This document shows, piece after piece, positions 57,924-64,000 of a stretch of DNA of 64,000 nucleotides (positions within the stretch are counted from its first letter, which is position 1; each line of letters opens with the position of its first letter). Source of the DNA: Deinococcota bacterium. GTDB taxonomy: Bacteria > Deinococcota > Deinococci > Deinococcales > Thermaceae. The notes under the pieces were generated by a model, which was not told where the DNA came from, ran no database searches, and saw nothing but the letters and a program-made list of their open reading frames with translations. A program made the position numbers and the translations under genes. The stretch spans positions 96,001 through 160,000 of the forward strand of contig JBGFRI010000014.1 in the NCBI GenBank assembly GCA_041695225.1. The letters are read 5' to 3'.

Positions 57924-59173
57924 AGAACCCCCCGAAGCTTAAGCACTACAAAGCGGAACCCCGCAGCCCAGGCCTCTGCCGTGACCACCGCTATAGCCAT
58001 GCCCAGAGCGCCCAGACGGGGTGCCAGAATAAGCGCCACCACCAGGTTGATTGCGCTGGCGCTTAGTACCGAGTACATCACCTCGCGGTCCATCTGGCGC
58101 GGAAACATGTACTGCATGGAGAGCGAGTAGCCAAAAGCCACAATGGGGAGCAGCAGGGCCAGAACCTGCAAAACCGGAACCGAGGCTTTGTACTGCTCGC
58201 CAAAGAGCAAACTGACCAGAAAAGGGGCCAGCGCCGCCAGCAATACTCCCCCCAGCAACCCAATACCCAGGGTGGCCCACAGAGCCAGACGGCTCAGGCG
58301 CAGTGCCGCCCCAGAGTCGCGCTTGATCAGGTGATTGATGCGAGGATAAATGGCCTGGCCCAGCGGCCACAAGATGGCCAGCCCAGGCCGCACCAGGCGG
58401 TTACCCACTTCGAAGAACCCTACCTGGACAGGCGAGGTCAGCAGCCCCAGAATCACCCCGTTGGCCGAGGTATAAAAGCTGTCCGAGGCCCGGGAAAGAA
58501 ACAGGCTCCAGCTCACCTTTAGCGCCACCGAGCTCATGCTCGGGTTGGGCAGCTTGAAGGGGATCTCACGATACATCAGCAGCAGCAGGACAAAGGTAGA
58601 AACCCCCGAGGCCACGGCCTGGGCGGCCAGGGCAATCCAGGCATCCTCGGGGTGGCGCACAAAAATAAAAATCCCCGCCAGGTGGCCCAGGCGCACCAGA
58701 CCCTCCAGAGCTGCCACCACCCAGGTGCGCTCCTGGGCCTGGAAATACCACATTGGACTCAGGGCGATAGATACAGCGATCATCAGAGCCCAGAACACCA
58801 GACTGGCCTGGGAGTAAAAGCTCGCGATAAAAATCCCGGCCAGAGTAGCTATAATCGCCATGCCCAGCACTAGCAGCAGCTTGGCCCCCAGGACCGACAT
58901 GGCGATAGCAGCCACAGCCTCTTTTCGCTCCCTGAGACGGGCAATGGAGCGGGTGGCCGAGTAGTTGAAGCCATACTCCCCCACCACTGCCAGCCAGTTG
59001 GCGAAACTCTGGGCAAAGGCTACCAGGCCAAAGTGGTGGGGCTCGAGCACCCGCGCCAGGTAGGGTAAGGAAATTAGCGGGAGAAGATAGGACAGTATCT
59101 GCACCAGATACAAAGCCGCTGCATTCTGCGTGATGCGGTTGCGCAGTACCCGGCGAATTCCTGGCAAAACCAC
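57920..59173 (-). CDS. wzx: Wzx polysaccharide flippase
   Basis: QNAAALYLVQ..YLLPLISLPYLARVL, EYGFNYSATR.IA; about 12 TM helices. Confidence 0.88.
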   Translation of the reverse strand: MVLPGIRRVLRNRITQNAAALYLVQILSYLLPLISLPYLARVLEPHHFGLVAFAQSFANWLAVVGEYGFNYSATRSIARLRERKEAVAAIAMSVLGAKLLLVLGMAIIATLAGIFIASFYSQASLVFWALMIAVSIALSPMWYFQAQERTWVVAALEGLVRLGHLAGIFIFVRHPEDAWIALAAQAVASGVSTFVLLLLMYREIPFKLPNPSMSSVALKVSWSLFLSRASDSFYTSANGVILGLLTSPVQVGFFEVGNRLVRPGLAILWPLGQAIYPRINHLIKRDSGAALRLSRLALWATLGIGLLGGVLLAALAPFLVSLLFGEQYKASVPVLQVLALLLPIVAFGYSLSMQYMFPRQMDREVMYSVLSASAINLVVALILAPRLGALGMAIAVVTAEAWAAGFRFVVLKLRGVL

Positions 59174-59394
59174 GCTAAAAGCCCCCCGCCAGGTACGACT
59201 GCTCTGTCAACCCCGGCATATACCTTCAAGCCTACGCGCTATCCCCTTCCTATGGAACCAAATTATCCCCACCTTAACGGCGGGAACGCTCAGATTACGC
59301 CTGAGGTATCGCGTTATACTCAGGGCCCTGAGTGAGGCGTGACTAGCGCCGGGGTATCGGGTTTGCTAGTGTTTCGCTTGTAATCGCCCTAGAG

Positions 59395-59416
59395 CAGGCA
59401 GGTGGTGACCTGCCTG
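59395..59416. terminator. Hairpin downstream of pilT (possible terminator; no U-tract)
   Basis: CAGGCAGGT-GGTG-ACCTGCCTG, a 9-bp perfect stem. Confidence 0.4.
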
Positions 59417-59442
59417 TGTAAAGCGAGCCTAATCATGGGAAA

Positions 59443-60549
59443 TTACTGGCGGCGCATACCAGCGGGCTGGGGAGATGCACTGCTCGCGCCCGCCAGTCGA
59501 GCAAACTCCTTGGGGTCTACCGAGCGTGACTGCCCTGTTTCGTAGGTAATCAACTTACGCTTAAAGAGGTCGGCCAGGTAGGCGTCCATGGTAATCATGC
59601 CATGCTGTCCTCCGGTCTGGATCACGCTGACCAGCTGATGGCTCTTACCCTCGCGGATCAGCGCCCGCACCGCCGCCGTGGCAATCATGAGCTCGTAAGC
59701 CAGAACACGCCCTCCTCCGAAAGCCTTGGACAGGAGCTGCTGGGTCAGGACTGCAACCAGGTTGTTGGAAAGCTGTACCCGTACTTGTTCTTGCTGGGCC
59801 TGGGGAAAAACGTCAATAATACGGTCAACAGTCTCAGGAGCGCTGTTGGTGTGCAAAGTGCCACAGACCAGGTGGCCAGTTTCTGCTGCCGTGATGGCCG
59901 CGGCAATGGTCTCGTAGTCGCGCATCTCGCCTACCAGAATTACATCTGGCGCCTGGCGCAAGACCGAACGCAGAGCCTTATGAAAGCCATGGGTATCGGA
60001 GCCGATCTCACGCTGGTTGATGATGGAAGACTTGTGGCGGTGAAAGAACTCGATGGGGTCTTCGATGGTGACAATGTGGGAGCGCCGGCGCTCGTTGATG
60101 TAGTCAATCATCGAGGCCAGGGTGGTGGACTTGCCCGAGCCGGTGGGCCCGGTCACCAGCACCAGACCGCGGGGGCTCAGGGCGATATCGGCCACCCCTT
60201 TGGGTAGGCCCAGTTCGTCAAAGCTTTTGACGTTAGAAGGCACCACCCGCAGCACCCCGCCCACACTACCGCGCTGCAAAAAGATATTGACGCGGAAGCG
60301 CCCCTTACCCGGCAGGCTGAAGGAAAAGTCGAGCTCCTTCTCTTCCTCGAAGACCCGTTGCTGCTTTTCGTCCATTAGCGCGTAGGTAAGGCGCCGGGTT
60401 TCCTGGGGAGTAAGGGGTTCATACTCGGTGGGGTGGAACTCACCGTCAATTTTGATCATGGGAGGCAGCCCAACCGTGATGACCAGGTCGCTCGAGCTTC
60501 GATCTACGGCCAGGTTGAGCAAGTCTACGATGTCCGGGGCTTTGGTCAT
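59443..60549 (-). CDS. pilT: Type IV pilus retraction ATPase PilT
   Basis: GPTGSGKSTT, TIEDPIE, LRQAPDVILVGEMRD, AETGHLV..TLH, AVRALIRE (AIRNLIRE-like). Confidence 0.95.
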   Translation of the reverse strand: MTKAPDIVDLLNLAVDRSSSDLVITVGLPPMIKIDGEFHPTEYEPLTPQETRRLTYALMDEKQQRVFEEEKELDFSFSLPGKGRFRVNIFLQRGSVGGVLRVVPSNVKSFDELGLPKGVADIALSPRGLVLVTGPTGSGKSTTLASMIDYINERRRSHIVTIEDPIEFFHRHKSSIINQREIGSDTHGFHKALRSVLRQAPDVILVGEMRDYETIAAAITAAETGHLVCGTLHTNSAPETVDRIIDVFPQAQQEQVRVQLSNNLVAVLTQQLLSKAFGGGRVLAYELMIATAAVRALIREGKSHQLVSVIQTGGQHGMITMDAYLADLFKRKLITYETGQSRSVDPKEFARLAGASSASPQPAGMRRQ

Positions 60550-60931
60550 GCGTATCTCCAGTTCTGGTTTCAGGATAGTTCACCAAGAACCCCAGCCATG
60601 TTCATTTGCCACTTTAACACACAACCGATCCCAGGGTTCCGGGTTGCTTCTACCCGTAGCCCCATACAACTGTTATTTGGCCGAGCTAGTGCACTGTCAA
60701 TCGCGCTAATCTTTGGTCGGCATATGTAGGACTGGTTTTGGACGAATCGCCCTCGAGCCACCAAGTAAGCACCAGCCCCGCCACAAACCCCACCGAATTA
60801 CACCCAGAAGGCAGTTCCAGGCTTAGGCAAAACTTGTTCACAGAATGAATGAGCAGCCAAAAGCCCGCGGATACTGGCCTCTGCCAGAAAAGCCAGGGAC
60901 GGCGCTGGGAGTGATGGTGTACCCTGAAGCC

Positions 60932-61246
60932 ATGTACCTGACCGTTCTATGCACCGTGCCCGATGCTGACACCGGCCAGAGAATTGCCCGCACCGTGGTG
61001 CACGAGGGCCTGGCAGCCTGCGTCAATCTGCTGCCGGGCATTACCTCGGTCTATAGCTGGCAGGGCCAGGTGCAGGAGAATCCAGAGCTATTGCTGATCA
61101 TCAAAACCAGTCAGGCGCGCTACTTAGGCCTGCAGCAGCGCATCAAGGAACTACATCCCTATCAGGTTCCTGAGATTATCGCGCACAAAATGGAGCTGGG
61201 GCTGCCGGAGTATCTGGACTGGATAGCCTCGAGTACCACCAGTTGA
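60932..61246 (+). CDS. cutA: Divalent-cation tolerance protein CutA
   Basis: LAACVN, SVYSWQG, LIIKT, HPYQVPEII; ATG 60932 preferred. Confidence 0.92.
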   Translation: MYLTVLCTVPDADTGQRIARTVVHEGLAACVNLLPGITSVYSWQGQVQENPELLLIIKTSQARYLGLQQRIKELHPYQVPEIIAHKMELGLPEYLDWIASSTTS

Positions 61247-61356
61247 AGGTGCTTGGGCCAGGGTGGGCCGGACATCACCACCCTTGGGCAGGCTGCGGGC
61301 TCCTAGAGGTGCTTTCGGCAGTCCTCTATCGGGGCGAGGTAAAGAGTTCAATACAA

Positions 61357-61583
61357 TGTCTCATGTCGCAAGTCGCAAGTCTTTTATGAAGCGTCTCAAG
61401 TCTCAAGTCTCAGGTCTCAGGTCTTTTTGGCTTGGGACCTGCGTCATTCAATGAGTCGATAGTCAATAGTCCATAGCCGATAGCCTATAGCTAATAGGTT
61501 TTGACCTGCTAGCCGAGACCATGGCCGATAGCTAATAGCTAATAGCCGGTAGCTTTTGACCTGCGACCTGCGACCTGTGACCT
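61357..61583. repeat. Large composite heptamer repeat cluster between convergent cutA and gyrA
   Basis: gtcgcaa x2, gtctcaa x2, gtctcag x2 ... atagtca atagtcc atagccg atagcct atagcta ... tgacctg cgacctg cgacctg tgacct. Confidence 0.88.
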
Positions 61584-61599
61584 TTTTATCAGGCTGTAC

Positions 61600-63999
61600 T
61601 CAGTCCTGTGGCGCTACCACAAACGCCGAGACCAGCTCATCGTTTTTGCCCAAATTCATCACCCTCACGCCGCTGGTGGCCCGCCCGTACTGCGAGATGC
61701 TGGCCACCTTGGTGCGGATGGCGATGCCGCGCTTGGAGAGCACCAGCAGGTCTTCGTTGCCCTGCACCCGGATTAAGGCGGCCAGCTGCCCTACCTTGTC
61801 GTTGGTGCTAAAGGTGATGACACCCATTCCTCCCCGGCCTTGCAGGGGGTATTCCGAGACGGGGGTACGCTTGCCGTAGCCGTGGGTTCCCACTGCCAGC
61901 ACCTCGCCTTCTTCGCCCTGGGGCAGAATTACCAGCGAGACCACCCGGTCCTGGCGGCCTTCTTTGAAGCGGATGCCGGTCACGCCCTGGCTGGCCCGGC
62001 CGGTTGAGCGCACATCGGAAAGTGCGAACCGGATGGCCTGGCCGCTCTGGGTGGCCAGCATGACCTGGTCGGCCTCCTGGGCAATCGCGACCCCAATCAG
62101 GGCGTCGTTTTCCACCAGATTAATCGCGATCAGGCCCGCGCTGGAGAGGTTCTGGTACTCCTTGATCTCGGTCTTCTTGATTAGCCCGGCCCTGGTAGCA
62201 AAAACGAAGTAGCCCGGCTGGGTCAGGTCGCGCACGTTGAGCAAAGCTGCTACCTCCTCGCCCAGGGCCAGCGGCAGCAGGCTGACCACGTGGGTTCCCC
62301 GGGCCTGGCGGCTGGCCTCGGGTAGCTCGTGCACCTTCTCGCCGTAGACCCGGCCCCGGTTGGTAAAAATTAGCAGGGTATCGTGCATCGAGGCCACAAA
62401 GACCGAGATGGCCTCGTCGGCTTCCTTGGTCTTGCCAGCCTGAGCCCCCACCCCGCCGCGCCCCTGGGCCCGGTAGGCCTCGAGCGGGGTGCGCTTCATG
62501 AAGCCCTGGTTGGTCAGGGTGATGACCATCTCCTCGTCGTCAATCAGGTCTTCAACGTTGAAGCCCTCCTCGAACTCGGTAATCTGGGTGCGGCGCTGGT
62601 CGCCATATTTTTTCTTGATCTCCAGGAGCTCGCTCCTGACTACCCGCCATAGCCGTTTCTGGTCGCCCAGGATGGCCTCGAGGCGGGCAATTTCTTCCAT
62701 CAGTTCCTGGTACTCGGCCTGTAGTCTTTCGCGCTCGAGGCCCACCAGCCGCTGCAGACGCATGTCCAGAATGGCCTGGGCCTGGATCTCGCTCAGGCTG
62801 AAGCGGGCTATCAGCCCGGCGCGGGCCTCGGCGGCTTCCTGCGAGGCGCGAATCAGGGCGATTACCTCGTCAATCTGGTCAAGGGCAATCAGCAGCCCTT
62901 CCAGAATATGGGCCCGCTCCCTGGCCTTGCGCAGCTCGTGCTCGGTGCGCTTGCGCACTACCTCTCCCCGGTGGTCCAGGTAGTGGCGCATCATCTGCAA
63001 GAGCGACAGCACCTTGGGCTCGCCGTTCACGATGGCCAGCAGGTTTACGGTAAAGCTGGTCTGCAGGCGCGAGTGCTTGTAGAGCTTGTTGAGCACTACC
63101 TGAGGGTTGGCCCCGCGCTTTAGTTCGACGGCAATACGCATCCCCTGCCGGTCGGACTCATCACGCAGGGCGGCGATCTCTTCAATAACCTTGTTACGCA
63201 CCAGGCCAGCAATCTGGGCGATCAGGTCGGCCTTGTTGACCTGGTAGGGAATCTCGGTGAAGACCAGCATGGCCCGCCCGTTTTTGTCCTCGTTGCGCAC
63301 CCTGGCCCGCACCTTAAGGCTGCCCCGCCCGCTGGCATAGGCCTCCCGGATGCCGCGGCGGGAAAGCTTGGCCGCAGTGGGAAAGTCTGGCCCTGGTAGC
63401 ACCTTCATAATCTCGTCCAGGCTCACCTCGGGGTTGTCAATCATCAGGGCCAGGGCGTCAATGGTCTCGGAAAGGTTGTGCGGGGGCAGGCTGGTAGCCA
63501 TGCCTACCGCAATGCCGGCGGCGCCATTGACCAGCATGTTGGGCAGCGCCGAGGGCAGCACCTCGGGCTGGTGGTGGGTGCCGTCGTAGTTGGGTAGCAT
63601 CGGCACAGTCTCTTTGTCGAGGTCTTGCAGCATCTCCAGGCCCAGGTTAGAAAGGCGGGCCTCGGTATAGCGCGGGGCGGCGGGGGGGTCGTTGTCAACT
63701 GAGCCGAAGTTTCCCTGCCCGTCAATCAGGGGGTAGCGCAGGCTCCAGTCCTGGGCCATGCGCACCATGGTGTCGTAGATGGCGGCATCGCCGTGGGGGT
63801 GGTACTTACCCATCACCTCACCCACAATTTTTGCGCTCTTGACGTGTTTGCGGCTGGGCAGCACACCGTCCTGGTAGGCGGCGTAAAGAATGCGCCGCTG
63901 CACTGGCTTCAGGCCGTCGCGCACGTCTGGCAAGGCCCGGTCTACAATGACCGACATGGCGTAGTTGATAAAGCTCTGTTTTACTTCGTCGGTTATTTC
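61600..63999 (-). CDS. gyrA: DNA gyrase subunit A (5' end lies beyond the window)
   Basis: [21 protein letters not shown], catalytic RYTEARL and GyrA-box-like QGRGGVG; the frame stays open upstream of the track's ATG ([15 protein letters not shown]). Confidence 0.96.
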   Translation of the reverse strand, partial: EITDEVKQSFINYAMSVIVDRALPDVRDGLKPVQRRILYAAYQDGVLPSRKHVKSAKIVGEVMGKYHPHGDAAIYDTMVRMAQDWSLRYPLIDGQGNFGSVDNDPPAAPRYTEARLSNLGLEMLQDLDKETVPMLPNYDGTHHQPEVLPSALPNMLVNGAAGIAVGMATSLPPHNLSETIDALALMIDNPEVSLDEIMKVLPGPDFPTAAKLSRRGIREAYASGRGSLKVRARVRNEDKNGRAMLVFTEIPYQVNKADLIAQIAGLVRNKVIEEIAALRDESDRQGMRIAVELKRGANPQVVLNKLYKHSRLQTSFTVNLLAIVNGEPKVLSLLQMMRHYLDHRGEVVRKRTEHELRKARERAHILEGLLIALDQIDEVIALIRASQEAAEARAGLIARFSLSEIQAQAILDMRLQRLVGLERERLQAEYQELMEEIARLEAILGDQKRLWRVVRSELLEIKKKYGDQRRTQITEFEEGFNVEDLIDDEEMVITLTNQGFMKRTPLEAYRAQGRGGVGAQAGKTKEADEAISVFVASMHDTLLIFTNRGRVYGEKVHELPEASRQARGTHVVSLLPLALGEEVAALLNVRDLTQPGYFVFATRAGLIKKTEIKEYQNLSSAGLIAINLVENDALIGVAIAQEADQVMLATQSGQAIRFALSDVRSTGRASQGVTGIRFKEGRQDRVVSLVILPQGEEGEVLAVGTHGYGKRTPVSEYPLQGRGGMGVITFSTNDKVGQLAALIRVQGNEDLLVLSKRGIAIRTKVASISQYGRATSGVRVMNLGKNDELVSAFVVAPQD

Positions 64000-64000
64000 A

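Overview
GC-rich chromosomal window from a Deinococcus-Thermus (Thermaceae) bacterium, most likely Meiothermus or a close relative. The evidence is the Thermus-type Mdh, aspartokinase, FadR-like TetR and fused-dimer HspR, a channel carrying the CavMr filter TLEGWVD, and many leaderless-type promoters. In order, the window holds: a partial HEXXH secreted protein, HtrA, a GNAT-acyl-CoA synthetase fusion, an 8-gene Mrp Na+/H+ antiporter operon plus a CPA2 antiporter, NUDIX, murJ, hspR, malic enzyme and mdh, and an intact MNT-HEPN toxin-antitoxin pair between eroded stubs of a type III R-M system. It continues with ask, a cupin/enoyl-CoA hydratase/DinB/ruvA run, HAD, a protoglobin, a voltage-gated channel, a HemC-like gene, Fur/PerR, an esterase, an ATL protein, TetR, PLD, maf, an amidase, an Lpt-like operon, oligopeptidase A, a Wzx/Wzy-type glycan cluster, pilT, cutA and partial gyrA. 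No rRNA, tRNA, CRISPR array or intact transposase was seen. Most notable signals: (1) a 42-bp hairpin-forming dispersed repeat at four loci, inserted in frame into at least two protein genes in opposite orientations; (2) an intact HemC homologue lacking its catalytic Asp and cofactor-binding Cys; (3) the TA module surviving inside a dead type III R-M operon; (4) strong over-representation of the palindrome CTCGAG; (5) further families of intergenic heptamer and palindromic repeats. All family assignments come from motif recognition by eye; no database searches were run.
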